Below are positions 29,706 to 39,182 of a stretch of 64,000 nt of DNA, piece by piece; positions within the stretch are counted from its first letter, which is position 1; every line of letters begins with the position of its first letter. Location: the NCBI GenBank assembly GCA_028711705.1, contig JAQTRS010000003.1, forward strand, positions 27,818 to 91,817, in the 5' to 3' direction. A program made the translations under genes and the position numbers. The DNA comes from Candidatus Moraniibacteriota bacterium (lineage in GTDB: Bacteria; Patescibacteriota; Minisyncoccia; Moranbacterales; UBA1568). The notes beneath the pieces are model-generated. The model saw only the letters and a list, made by a program, of their open reading frames with translations. It did not search any database and had not been told where the DNA came from.

Positions 29706-30503
29706 CTATTCGAATGCGGTAGCGACCCGCTGCCAATCATCGATAGCAAGCGCCTGGGCCCGGATATTCGCATCAAGACCCAATCGATCGAGTTTTTGAG
29801 CCACAGCGTCTTTCGGCAGATGGAAACTCGCCGAGAAATTATTCACCAGCGTCTTGCGCCTGGATGAAAATCCAGCCTTGACACAACGAAAAAATTTCTT
29901 ATCCAGGTCTTTATCGAAGCTCCGTTTCGGAACAAGCCGAACCACCGCGCTATCGACTTGCGGCACCGGCTCAAAGGCAGTTTTCGGGACAATGAATGAA
30001 AGCTCTGCATCGGCATAGTATTGCACCGAAACCGCCAGGATGCTCAAGGCACCCACCTTAGCGGTAATACGTTCCGCTACTTCTTTTTGCACCATCAACA
30101 CGATACATTCCGGCGGCATAGGGAGCTCTAAAAGATACTGGATGATCGGAGCGGTAATGTAGTACGGGATATTCGCCACCACCTTATACGACTGTCCTTC
30201 CGGCAATTGGCTTTTCTTCAGCACTTCCATCAGATCCGCCTGCAAAATATCCTGCCTTACAATAGTGACATTGCTTGAGAGTGGGAATCGTTTCAGCAAA
30301 TTCGGGATAAGATCGCTATCGAGTTCTAAAGAAATGACCCGCTTCGCTTTTTCCGAAAGGACCTGCGTCAAGATCCCTGTTCCGGGGCCGATTTCCACCA
30401 CGAAATCATCGGGTGCTATATTCGCGCTTGCCACGATACGACCAAGAACCCCTTCGTCTTTCAAGAAGTTCTGTCCGAGATGCTTTTTCGCCTTCACTTG
30501 CAT
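29706..30503 (-). CDS. rsmA: 16S rRNA dimethyladenosine transferase
   Basis: KKHLGQNFL, EIGPGTG, VANIPYYIT, QKEVAER, PVPQVDSA. Confidence 0.97.
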   Translation of the reverse strand: MQVKAKKHLGQNFLKDEGVLGRIVASANIAPDDFVVEIGPGTGILTQVLSEKAKRVISLELDSDLIPNLLKRFPLSSNVTIVRQDILQADLMEVLKKSQLPEGQSYKVVANIPYYITAPIIQYLLELPMPPECIVLMVQKEVAERITAKVGALSILAVSVQYYADAELSFIVPKTAFEPVPQVDSAVVRLVPKRSFDKDLDKKFFRCVKAGFSSRRKTLVNNFSASFHLPKDAVAQKLDRLGLDANIRAQALAIDDWQRVATAFE

Positions 30504-30600
30504 AGATATGATGATTATATACTCGATCCAATATCTTCCACTATACATATATACCCCCTATAAAGCAATAATCTCTTCTTATTGTTTATAGAGAATACAT

Positions 30601-30645
30601 AAAGTTATGCACATTATATACAAAGTTATGCACACTTGAGGATAA
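30601..30645. promoter_or_regulatory. Satellite DnaA-box cluster
   Basis: AAAGTTATGCACA twice (30601-30613, 30622-30634), TTATATACA 30614-30622, TGAGGATAA 30637-30645. Confidence 0.65.
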
Positions 30646-30650
30646 CTTCT

Positions 30651-31622
30651 TTAATTCGCCACTTCTTCCACCTTAAGTGAGATAACGCCGGCGCCGATAG
30701 AGGCGATTTTGGCGAAGGCGACTTTATCAAGATCGATGATGCGGTTTTTCCCAAACGGACCGCGATCATTTATCTTTACGATCACCGTTTTTCCATTTTC
30801 CTGATTGGTCACTTTCGCATAGCTTCCCATCGGAAGCCACGGACTGGCAGCTGCCAGTGTCCCGGTATACGCATACCACGTACCTAGTCCCGTATGCGCT
30901 GTTCCTTTCACTGCCACATACGTCCCCTGCATAGTTTTTTCCGTTACCGGCTCCTTCACTATTTCTTGCTTCATGATTGTGCGATCGATTTCCTTGCCAT
31001 CATACGAGACGACCCTATACGTCGATCTTTTTATGCCCGCCTCACCTTTTTGCGTCACGATGGCCTTCCGCCAACTCAATTTCTCATCTTCCTCGATTGT
31101 TATAGCAAAAGCGATCGTCTTATCAATAATTTCTTCTTTGACAATGACCCGCACGACACTCACAGAGGCTTTATCTATGACTACGTCCTCATTTTTCGGC
31201 AAAACAAAATCATCCTCACCTAAAATCACATCATTCTCCAAGAGCATCCTCTCCACGCTCGTCTGATACGTTACCAAAGCCCGTTTTTCTCCCCCCACTG
31301 CCAGCGTGATATGTTTCGCCCGATGAATACCAATGGTCGCGTGCGCATATACACGGTTTTCCAAAGGTCCGAACACGACATCCTCATCACCCAACACTAT
31401 TTTCTGCTCATCCAAAAAATCCTTTATATTCGTCGACTTCGTCATCACATCAAATACCCTCCCATCGTCATCTAATGTCACGCGTACCGCCTTTGAATAA
31501 CCTTCCGGCATCCAAGTTTCGTTCACATGCCAAAAACTCATCTGCGAGATATCATCCCTCAAAAACCATACTCCTGTAATAATAAGCATTGCCAAAACCA
31601 ATAAACGCACCATTTTTTTCAT
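30651..31622 (-). CDS. YabE/RpfB-like protein: DUF348 repeats + G5 + RlpA-type DPBB domain
   Basis: QKGEAGIK...KEPVTE (G5); AASPWLPMGS...VKINDRGPF...IIDL (RlpA). Confidence 0.85.
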   Translation of the reverse strand: MKKMVRLLVLAMLIITGVWFLRDDISQMSFWHVNETWMPEGYSKAVRVTLDDDGRVFDVMTKSTNIKDFLDEQKIVLGDEDVVFGPLENRVYAHATIGIHRAKHITLAVGGEKRALVTYQTSVERMLLENDVILGEDDFVLPKNEDVVIDKASVSVVRVIVKEEIIDKTIAFAITIEEDEKLSWRKAIVTQKGEAGIKRSTYRVVSYDGKEIDRTIMKQEIVKEPVTEKTMQGTYVAVKGTAHTGLGTWYAYTGTLAAASPWLPMGSYAKVTNQENGKTVIVKINDRGPFGKNRIIDLDKVAFAKIASIGAGVISLKVEEVAN

Positions 31623-31670
31623 TCAAAGATGTATCGGCAACGTATAGTATAGCGCATTCCGGTATAAAAA

Positions 31671-33200
31671 TCACTCTTCCGTGCGGAACCTATACTGGAT
31701 AGCCTCGCCGATATGCTGCGCTGCGATATTTTCCACACCCTCAAGATCCGCGATAGTGCGCGCCACCTTGATCAACCGATGATAGCCTCGCGCGCTCAGA
31801 TGAAACGTCGAGACCGCTTGCCGCAGCAAATCAAGACTCGCCTTATCCAGTGCGCAATATTTCTTGATCTGACTCGAAATCATTTCGCTATTCGTCAGAA
31901 TAGCTGACTTTTCAAAACGTTTTTGCTGTATAGTTCTCGCATTTTCCACGCGATTACGGATATCCCTGCTCTTTTCGGAAGCCTGCGTCGCTTCGAGTTT
32001 ATCGAAATGGAGGCGCGGCACTTCGATATGCAGATCGATACGATCCAAAATCGGCCCCGATATTCTCTGTTTGTATTTCTCACGCTGCTGATGCGAGCAC
32101 GAGCACATCCGTTCCGGATCACTCGCATTGCCGCATGGACACGGATTCATCGCTGCGATAAGCATAAATCGCGACGGGAATTGAATGGACCCTTTAGCCC
32201 TTGTCACGCTGATATACCCATCTTCAAGCGGTTGTCTGAGATTTTCTAAAATATTTTTCGAAAACTCAGCGAATTCATCCAGAAACAATACGCCCCGATG
32301 CGCCAGACTGATTTCACCCGGACGCGGAATCGAACCGCCCCCCACCAGCGACACCGCGCTCGCGCTATGATGCGGTGAGCGAAAGGGTCTTTTTGTTATA
32401 AGGGTGTTATTTCGCGTCAATCGTCCCGACACGGAAAATATTTTCGTTATCTCAAGACTCTCCTCGAAAACGAGTTTCGGTAAAATAGAAGGTAGTGTTT
32501 TCGCAAGAAGCGTTTTTCCTGATCCGGGAGGTCCGATCAGAAGAATATTATGACCACCGGCAGCCGCGATTTCCAATGCCCGCTTGGCATGTTCCTGCCC
32601 TTTGATGTGCTCCATATCGAAAAGATGCTCTTCTTCCTCAAAAACATTCTTTCCAGCCTCAAATACCACTGGATCAATCATTTCTATCCCTTGCAAGTGC
32701 TTTACCGTCTGCACAAGCGTCTGTATGGGGAAAATTTTAATACCACCCGCCAAGACTGCCTCCTTTGCATTATCTTCCGGAACATACAATTCCTCAAATC
32801 CCTTTTTCTTGGCTAATAGGGCTATAGGCAGCGTGCCATGAATCGGACGGATCCGACCATCCAAAGCCAACTCCCCTAAGAAAAGCTTTTTATGCACATC
32901 CATACGCAGCTGCTCGGTCGCCACCAAAAAAGAAAGTGCTATCGGAACATCATAGACAGGGCTATTTTTCGGCAAATCTGCCGGCGCCAAATTCACTGTT
33001 ATCCTTCCGCAATGATGCGGGGGCTTCAGCCCGCTATTTTTGATCGCCGAACTCACACGATCGCGCGATTCTTTGATGGCAGTATCAGGAAGCCCCACCA
33101 GGGTGAATCTATGCAATCCGGAACCCAATACATCTACCTCAACTTCAACTATTTCACCTTCCAACCCGAGGATCGCTGCTGAAAATATCTTTGCGGGCAT
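31671..33200 (-). CDS. comM: ComM/YifB Mg-chelatase-like AAA+ ATPase
   Basis: LVGLPD, NLAPADLPK, GPPGSGKT, RSPHH, LAHRGVLFLDE, NPCPCG. Confidence 0.95.
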   Translation of the reverse strand: MPAKIFSAAILGLEGEIVEVEVDVLGSGLHRFTLVGLPDTAIKESRDRVSSAIKNSGLKPPHHCGRITVNLAPADLPKNSPVYDVPIALSFLVATEQLRMDVHKKLFLGELALDGRIRPIHGTLPIALLAKKKGFEELYVPEDNAKEAVLAGGIKIFPIQTLVQTVKHLQGIEMIDPVVFEAGKNVFEEEEHLFDMEHIKGQEHAKRALEIAAAGGHNILLIGPPGSGKTLLAKTLPSILPKLVFEESLEITKIFSVSGRLTRNNTLITKRPFRSPHHSASAVSLVGGGSIPRPGEISLAHRGVLFLDEFAEFSKNILENLRQPLEDGYISVTRAKGSIQFPSRFMLIAAMNPCPCGNASDPERMCSCSHQQREKYKQRISGPILDRIDLHIEVPRLHFDKLEATQASEKSRDIRNRVENARTIQQKRFEKSAILTNSEMISSQIKKYCALDKASLDLLRQAVSTFHLSARGYHRLIKVARTIADLEGVENIAAQHIGEAIQYRFRTEE

Positions 33201-33261
33201 AATGAAGAGCTCATGGGATTATTTTTCCATTATACACGGGTGCGATAAAATTTTTCTAAAA

Positions 33262-33666
33262 TTATTCTCTCAACCCCTCCCGATACCTGAAAACAAACAG
33301 TATGGCACCGATAAGGATGCTTACATCCGCGATATTAAACCAGGGAAAATACGGTATCATGTGTAGGTAATCGATCACGCAACCATACACGATCCGATCG
33401 ATACTATTCGAAAGCGCTCCGAAAGAAATAAAGAGCAATCCGCTGGCGCCTACATACTCACCCGATCGTACACAGCGTACCCCATAACCGATGATAAATA
33501 TAAGGGTTATTCCGCTCAGAAATAGTATTATTTCCTGCGGAATATATATACTAAAAGCGACTCCGGGATTGCAAACGGCCGCAGTCAAAGGGTAAGAGCC
33601 CTTCATTACGCGATCAATAGCAAATAAGAGTACGCTTATAGTTGATAGACAATACGGTATCACCAT
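33262..33666 (-). CDS. lspA: Lipoprotein signal peptidase II
   Basis: NPGVAFS, GALSNSIDR, VIDY, FNIAD. Confidence 0.9.
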   Translation of the reverse strand: MVIPYCLSTISVLLFAIDRVMKGSYPLTAAVCNPGVAFSIYIPQEIILFLSGITLIFIIGYGVRCVRSGEYVGASGLLFISFGALSNSIDRIVYGCVIDYLHMIPYFPWFNIADVSILIGAILFVFRYREGLRE

Positions 33667-33669
33667 GCA

Positions 33670-34023
33670 CTAGTTGTGATTCATGCAGATTTTAGCTGAA
33701 GGATAGGCCTGGAGACGATCCAAGGCTATATCGGCGCCACACACTTCGCATTTCCCATACGTACCGGCTTCCATGCGCTCCAGCGCCTCGATAATATCTT
33801 GGAGTTTCTGCTCGAGCGTGTTTTCAACTGCTATATTATCGACATATTGTTCCGTTTCGGTCTCACTATCCCCTTCTTCCCGACCAAAATCCTCGAAACG
33901 GGTTTCGTATTCTCCGGGAGTGCCGGTCGGATTCGCGATTCTACCTAATTCTTGTTCCAATGTGAGCTTATTAGCCTCAAGTTGCGTTTTTAATTCCTGA
34001 AGGACTGATTGTTCGATTGCCAT
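33670..34023 (-). CDS. DksA/TraR family zinc-finger protein
   Basis: ALERMEAGTYGKCEVCG...RLQAYPSAKICMNH. Confidence 0.88.
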   Translation of the reverse strand: MAIEQSVLQELKTQLEANKLTLEQELGRIANPTGTPGEYETRFEDFGREEGDSETETEQYVDNIAVENTLEQKLQDIIEALERMEAGTYGKCEVCGADIALDRLQAYPSAKICMNHN

Positions 34024-34083
34024 AACATTACCGGGAGAATATTTTCAAATATTTTTGCCAATATCCCTTTATTTAAGAGTTTT

Positions 34084-34112
34084 TTATCCACATTTTCCAC
34101 ACCTTATACACT
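34084..34112. promoter_or_regulatory. Tandem DnaA boxes
   Basis: TTATCCACA 34084-34092, TTTTCCACA 34093-34101, TTATACACT 34104-34112. Confidence 0.8.
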
Positions 34113-34139
34113 CTATTATACCAAAACCATCCCCATTGT

Positions 34140-34523
34140 CTAGAAAAATATATGCTCCAGATGCCGCACTTTCGCATTTTTAGTATGCGGATCGATCAAG
34201 ATAGAGAGTGCATCGAAACGATATTCCTTCTTCCAAAGCTTTTTTATCGTCAAATAGGTCGATGCGATCTTTTCAAGATGCCTCAGTTTTTGAGGAGATA
34301 TATTCTCCTCAGGCAAAACCGTATCACTGCTTCTTGCGATCCGTGTCTTCACTTCCACAAAGATGATTATTTCTCCCTGAAGAGCGATAATGTCGATTTC
34401 TCCGTATTTATATCCTTTGGTATTCTGAAAATTTCTTTCAACGATCGCATACCCTTTTCTTTGAAGGTAGGTGCAAGCGATGGATTCTCCAAGGGTTCCG
34501 ACGGATTGAGAAGAAGGGATCAT
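34140..34523 (-). CDS. yraN: YraN family (UPF0102) nuclease
   Basis: GTLGESIA, GEIDII, FVEVKTR, RFD. Confidence 0.92.
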   Translation of the reverse strand: MIPSSQSVGTLGESIACTYLQRKGYAIVERNFQNTKGYKYGEIDIIALQGEIIIFVEVKTRIARSSDTVLPEENISPQKLRHLEKIASTYLTIKKLWKKEYRFDALSILIDPHTKNAKVRHLEHIFF

Positions 34524-34860
34524 AAATATATACGTATAAATTATTTTTTTCTTTATGGTTACTACTAGTGCGGTGCATTAGTGGATAAGGGACATCTCCT
34601 TTTAGGTAAAGAGTTTTTTAGAATACTTCTTTGTGTATAAATGGAAGCATCATTGTGAAAATGGTAGATACGTGAGTGATGTGGAGAATAAGAGGATAAC
34701 TTATGAACCAATGTTCTTAGGTTACGCAAGAATTAAACACGTAGATACCCCCAAAAACCAAGCGGTTACGAACGCTTTATACACATTTTATCAACAAATC
34801 AGCGGGATGTATGTGTGTAAGAATGTGCATAAGTGGTAAACATTGTGAATAAGCGTAGTC
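34524..34860. other. Putative replication origin oriC
   Basis: DnaA boxes at 34580, 34632, 34777, 34788, 34812, 34824, 34844; trio-like element and AT-rich tract at 34524-34570; GC-skew flip; parS cluster ~6.5 kb away. Confidence 0.8.
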
Positions 34861-34956
34861 TGCTTGGGTTCCATTTAAAGAATAATGCAGAGGAGATAAA
34901 ATAAAAAGAGTTTAAGGAATTATGCAATATACATCGTGGATTTTAGTATAAAAAAA

Positions 34957-35530
34957 CACCCTATAGGTGAATGGTTGGAGGTGGAGTTTGTTGGTGTCGG
35001 AGAGCTCAGTGACGCCTTAAATAAAGATTATTGGGCAGTGTGAGCTATCCGACGTTGCATGTGCCAACATGTGTAGTGTGATTATCCCATCCCTGATGGT
35101 ATATCCCCGGGTGAGAAGATATGGTATCTTAAGATGAATCTAATCAAGCTTTCTACGCATGTAATATGTGCGCATGCTCCTTAATGATGTTTATCTGACT
35201 TTACATCTTTTCTCTTTACCGTTCTCTGGTACTTGACCTTTGTTTAAAGAACTGGTTTTTTTGTTTATTTTGATTTTATCCCTTATTTTTTATTTTTTGT
35301 AAGGGCACGCCTAAGTCAGTTATCTATCCGCTAGCATAGTGCTAGTAAGCAGAGAACTGACTTAGAACATGTTTTTATTTTTGTTTTATAGTTCCTCGGT
35401 CAGATCGAGGGAGATCTTACATTGAAGATCATTTGAACAGTAAGAGAATTCCAATCACAAATAGGGGGAAATTGTGATTGGAAACACTCTCACGGTTCAT
35501 AGGTTGTCAAAGTTCTTTCCGTACTCTTAT
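34957..35530. ncRNA. Candidate long structured non-coding RNA (unassigned)
   Basis: No ORF of 60 aa or more; many stem-loops in series; canonical minus-strand promoter at 35537-35565. Confidence 0.4.
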
Positions 35531-35536
35531 AGATAT

Positions 35537-35565
35537 AGTATAGCAGAAAAAATAGGCTGAGTCAA
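35537..35565 (-). promoter_or_regulatory. Sigma70-type promoter pointing into the non-coding region and oriC
   Basis: Minus strand TTGACT-17 bp-TATACT. Confidence 0.72.
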
Positions 35566-35748
35566 TAAATGATGCGAAGCACTCCTTGTTTTTATTTCTA
35601 TAAAGGATCACACATCACCATGTGTATTTTTGTGGGCTGATGCTCCACTTGGCTGATTGAAAATGCTTCCCTTCTTTTTCTTTTAAAGAGCGCATAAAAA
35701 AATAATTCTCTTTTGAGGGAGAATTATTTTTCTGATCTTTCTTATTTT

Positions 35749-36777
35749 TTAGCGGACGATATCCAAAAGCGCGTGATGCGTTTTCATACTTGTCCCGATG
35801 ATAAGATACGTTGTCGTTGTGGCGTAATCGACGGAGAGGCCCGTCTCTGGATGAATATTGTTATAGCGAAGCGAAATGTTTTTATAGATGCCGTTACTGA
35901 ACGTCGCCGTCGTTTTTGTCGGAGTGTCATTAAGGAAGAGTGGCGATAGGCCTTGTACGAGTGTTGCCTCGTCCTGTTTCATGGCTGCCTGGATCGCATT
36001 TTTATCCCTAAACTCAATAGATAGTCCTATGCGCGGTGTTTGATCGCTTGTATAGATGAATAATGAGAAGTTTTCAGAAAGTGCCGCAAGCGTCGCTTGA
36101 GAAAGTTGTATTCCGGAGAGTTGTGCGAATGAGGCGAATGGTATCGGAGTATTGTTCGTATCGGTGATGATGAATTCGATAGGCGTAGCGCTATTGAGAG
36201 CAGCTACCTGTTTCGCTGTTTGCAGGAGGGTAGTTTGCAGTGTCTGCGGTGTTGAATTATTAGCATCAATAGGAAGGTAGTTGGGTGTTTCGGTTGAGAA
36301 TAGGGTGAGCATTTCTTGCTCATCGATCGCATGAGAGTCTTTTGTTACGATCTGTTCTTCTATAGAAGGTGCTTCAGTGGGAGTTTCGCGTGTTGTTATG
36401 AAATAGTATATTCCACCGATAGATACTAGTACGACAAGTATGATCGCTGGGATAATAATTTTTGAGGAAGAAGATGTTTGAGGTTGTATGCTGATGTTTG
36501 AAGTAGACACCGGTAGCGGTGTTGCGTGTGCATAGGTATCGGATGACGATACAGTATCGACCGCTTGTTCATTATTAATGAAGGGGTTTTGATTGATGAA
36601 TGTTTGCTTGTGTGTGCCGTCTTGATTGATGACAGAAGGATTTTGCTGTAAGGGAGCGTCTTCTTGGTATATGACGCCGTTTATAGCATCAAGATCATCC
36701 TGCATAGTTTTGATTACCGCCCCATTATTTGCGGAATCGCTCTGGCCAGGCAAGGGTTTTTTAGAAAATAGAGACAT
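35749..36777 (-). CDS. Hypothetical single-pass membrane protein
   Basis: Disordered N-terminus (IKTMQDDL), one TM helix, T-rich C-terminal domain. Confidence 0.75.
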   Translation of the reverse strand: MSLFSKKPLPGQSDSANNGAVIKTMQDDLDAINGVIYQEDAPLQQNPSVINQDGTHKQTFINQNPFINNEQAVDTVSSSDTYAHATPLPVSTSNISIQPQTSSSSKIIIPAIILVVLVSIGGIYYFITTRETPTEAPSIEEQIVTKDSHAIDEQEMLTLFSTETPNYLPIDANNSTPQTLQTTLLQTAKQVAALNSATPIEFIITDTNNTPIPFASFAQLSGIQLSQATLAALSENFSLFIYTSDQTPRIGLSIEFRDKNAIQAAMKQDEATLVQGLSPLFLNDTPTKTTATFSNGIYKNISLRYNNIHPETGLSVDYATTTTYLIIGTSMKTHHALLDIVR

Positions 36778-36863
36778 AGGCGGTTTTTATTTTGATAAAC
36801 GAATAGAGATATCTTTGAAGATATCTCTATTGTATAATAAAACATTTGTATTGGCGAGTTTGC

Positions 36864-38981
36864 CTATGCCTTATCCGTATCGGTTTGCCTGATAGCCTTC
36901 ATGGAGAGGTTAATCCTTCCTTGGCTGTCAATTTCCTTAACCTTCACGGAAACCATATCCCCTACCGCAACCACATCCTCAACCTTATCGACGCGCTCAG
37001 TGGAGAGTTCCGAAATATGGATGAGACCTTCCTGATTAGGAAGTACTTCCGCAAATGCGCCGAAATTCATAATACGGGTAATGCGAGCGGTGAAGATTTC
37101 ACCAGCTACTACTTCTCGCGTGATGTTATTGATCCACGTCGTGGCCGCCTTGGCGCTCATTTCATCGACGGAGGTGATGAATACCGACCCATCATCCTCG
37201 ATATCGATGGAAACGCCTGTTTCATCGATAATCTGGTTGATCATCTTGCCGCCAGGTCCGATAACATCACGGATCTTGTCTGGATTGATATGGAGCGTGA
37301 TGATGCGTGGAGCATAGGCGGAAAGGTTCTGGCGCGGTTCCGGAATCGTGGCGAGCATCGTATCGAGGATTTCTTTGCGATTGCCATGGGATTGTATAAG
37401 GACCGCCTCAAGCATCTCAAGTGTGACGCCGTCCACTTTCACATCCATCTGCATGGCGGTAATGCCTTTGGTGGTACCGGCGGCTTTGAAGTCCATGTCC
37501 CCATAGTGATCCTCAAGGCCTTGAATATCGGTGAGTACTTTGAAATTCTTATCGTCTCCGACAATGATTCCCATGGCGATACCGCTCACAGGAGCCTTGA
37601 TCGGCACACCGGCGTCCATAAGCGATAGGGTTGAGCCGCATGTTGATGCCATAGAAGATGATCCGTTCGAGGCAAGCACTTCTGAGACGAGCAAAACAGT
37701 GTATGGAAAAGTTTCTTTGCTCGGAAGTACCGGTATAAGTGCCTTTTCCGCGAGAGCTCCGTGACCGATTTCACGACGTCCCGGTCCTCGCATCGGGCGC
37801 ACCTCGCCTACCGAGTATGGCGGGAAATTATAATGGTGAATATAACGCTTCTTTGCGTCGGTTTCCATGGTGTCGATGGTTTGTTCGTCGCCAGGAGCAC
37901 CGAGTGTCGTGACAGTAAGGGCCTGCGTTTCACCACGGGTAAAGAGTCCTGTGCCATGTGTGCGCGGCAAAATACCTACGCAACAATGAATGGGGCGGAT
38001 TTCAGTAAGCTTCCTTCCATCCGGACGTATTTCGTTTTCCAGTACGTTCTTGTGCACGATCTCATCGGAAACCTCATCGAAAACCTGTCTGGCGACATCT
38101 TGGAGTTTATTGATATCCTCAGTGTAGTTTTCGCTTATATATGTGGCTACGGCGGACTGAATTTCATCGGTGCGAGTATAGACAGCTTTTTTATCCTTCA
38201 AATAAAGTGCTTCCCCAAGATTTTTGGCATGCAAAAGTTCCCGTACCTTGGCTTCGAATTCAGCAGGCCCCTGAAGGAGTGCCGGAAGAGCCTTTCCCTT
38301 ACCCGCTTCCTGGCGGATAGATTCGATAAAAGCGGCGATTTTCTGGAGCGCTTCAAATCCGAAAGCAAAAGCTTTGGCTATAGTTTCTTCGGGAACCTCG
38401 TTTGCTCCCACTTCCAACATATTGATTTTCGTCTGTGTTCCGGAAATCAAGAGATCAAGAGCGCTTTCTTTACGTTCCGCATTGACCGGATTGAGTACGA
38501 ATTGATCATTGATGAGGCCGACACGAACCGCTCCGATAGGGCCATTCCATGGGATATCCGAAAGAGAGAGTGCAGCAGATGCTGCGATCATCGCCACGAT
38601 GTCCGACGAATTTTCACTATCGAATGAGAGGGTGGTGACAATAACCTGCACCTCATTGCGCATCCTCGGATTAAAAAGAGGTCTGATGGTGCGGTCAACG
38701 GCGCGCCCAGCAAGCACTGATTCTTCAGAAGGGCGCCCCTCCCGCTTGACGAATCGAGAACCTTTGATTTTTCCTGCGGCATATTGACGTTCCTCAAAAT
38801 CCACCATGAGCGGGAAATACCCGTTGATTTTTGAGGCGCCCTTGCTCATAACGGCCGTAGCGAGGACGACGGTATCACCGTAACGGACGGTAACGGCGCC
38901 ATTGGCCTGATGTGCCAATAACCCGGTCGAGATAACCAATTCGCGCCCACCGATTTGGAGGGACCATTGTTTCTCTTGCAT
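36864..38981 (-). CDS. pnp: Polyribonucleotide nucleotidyltransferase
   Basis: FTRGETQ, RREIGHGALA, SNGSSSMAS, GDMDFK, KH and S1 domains. Confidence 0.98.
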   Translation of the reverse strand: MQEKQWSLQIGGRELVISTGLLAHQANGAVTVRYGDTVVLATAVMSKGASKINGYFPLMVDFEERQYAAGKIKGSRFVKREGRPSEESVLAGRAVDRTIRPLFNPRMRNEVQVIVTTLSFDSENSSDIVAMIAASAALSLSDIPWNGPIGAVRVGLINDQFVLNPVNAERKESALDLLISGTQTKINMLEVGANEVPEETIAKAFAFGFEALQKIAAFIESIRQEAGKGKALPALLQGPAEFEAKVRELLHAKNLGEALYLKDKKAVYTRTDEIQSAVATYISENYTEDINKLQDVARQVFDEVSDEIVHKNVLENEIRPDGRKLTEIRPIHCCVGILPRTHGTGLFTRGETQALTVTTLGAPGDEQTIDTMETDAKKRYIHHYNFPPYSVGEVRPMRGPGRREIGHGALAEKALIPVLPSKETFPYTVLLVSEVLASNGSSSMASTCGSTLSLMDAGVPIKAPVSGIAMGIIVGDDKNFKVLTDIQGLEDHYGDMDFKAAGTTKGITAMQMDVKVDGVTLEMLEAVLIQSHGNRKEILDTMLATIPEPRQNLSAYAPRIITLHINPDKIRDVIGPGGKMINQIIDETGVSIDIEDDGSVFITSVDEMSAKAATTWINNITREVVAGEIFTARITRIMNFGAFAEVLPNQEGLIHISELSTERVDKVEDVVAVGDMVSVKVKEIDSQGRINLSMKAIRQTDTDKA

Positions 38982-39134
38982 ATGTGATTTTCGCATCATT
39001 ATCCCCTGACCCCAACACGATACTGGATTGAATGTTTTTCAATACACTATAGTGCTTCAGTCTTTGAAATAATGACGTATTTATATATTAAACCCCTCTT
39101 ATTTTGAAGCATTTTTTGAATTTTGTCAAAAATA

Positions 39135-39168
39135 AAAGAAACCACTCTCCAAGGGAGTGGTTTCTTTT
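39135..39168. terminator. Intrinsic terminator-like hairpin
   Basis: AAAAGAAACCACTC-TCCAAGG-GAGTGGTTTCTTTT. Confidence 0.7.
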
Positions 39169-39182
39169 GATCGCCCGTTGTT

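Noticed and set aside
34972-34986. tmRNA/tRNA-like 3' end (CTCCACCTCCAACCA, minus)
   Set aside because: No T-arm and no matching acceptor 5' strand.
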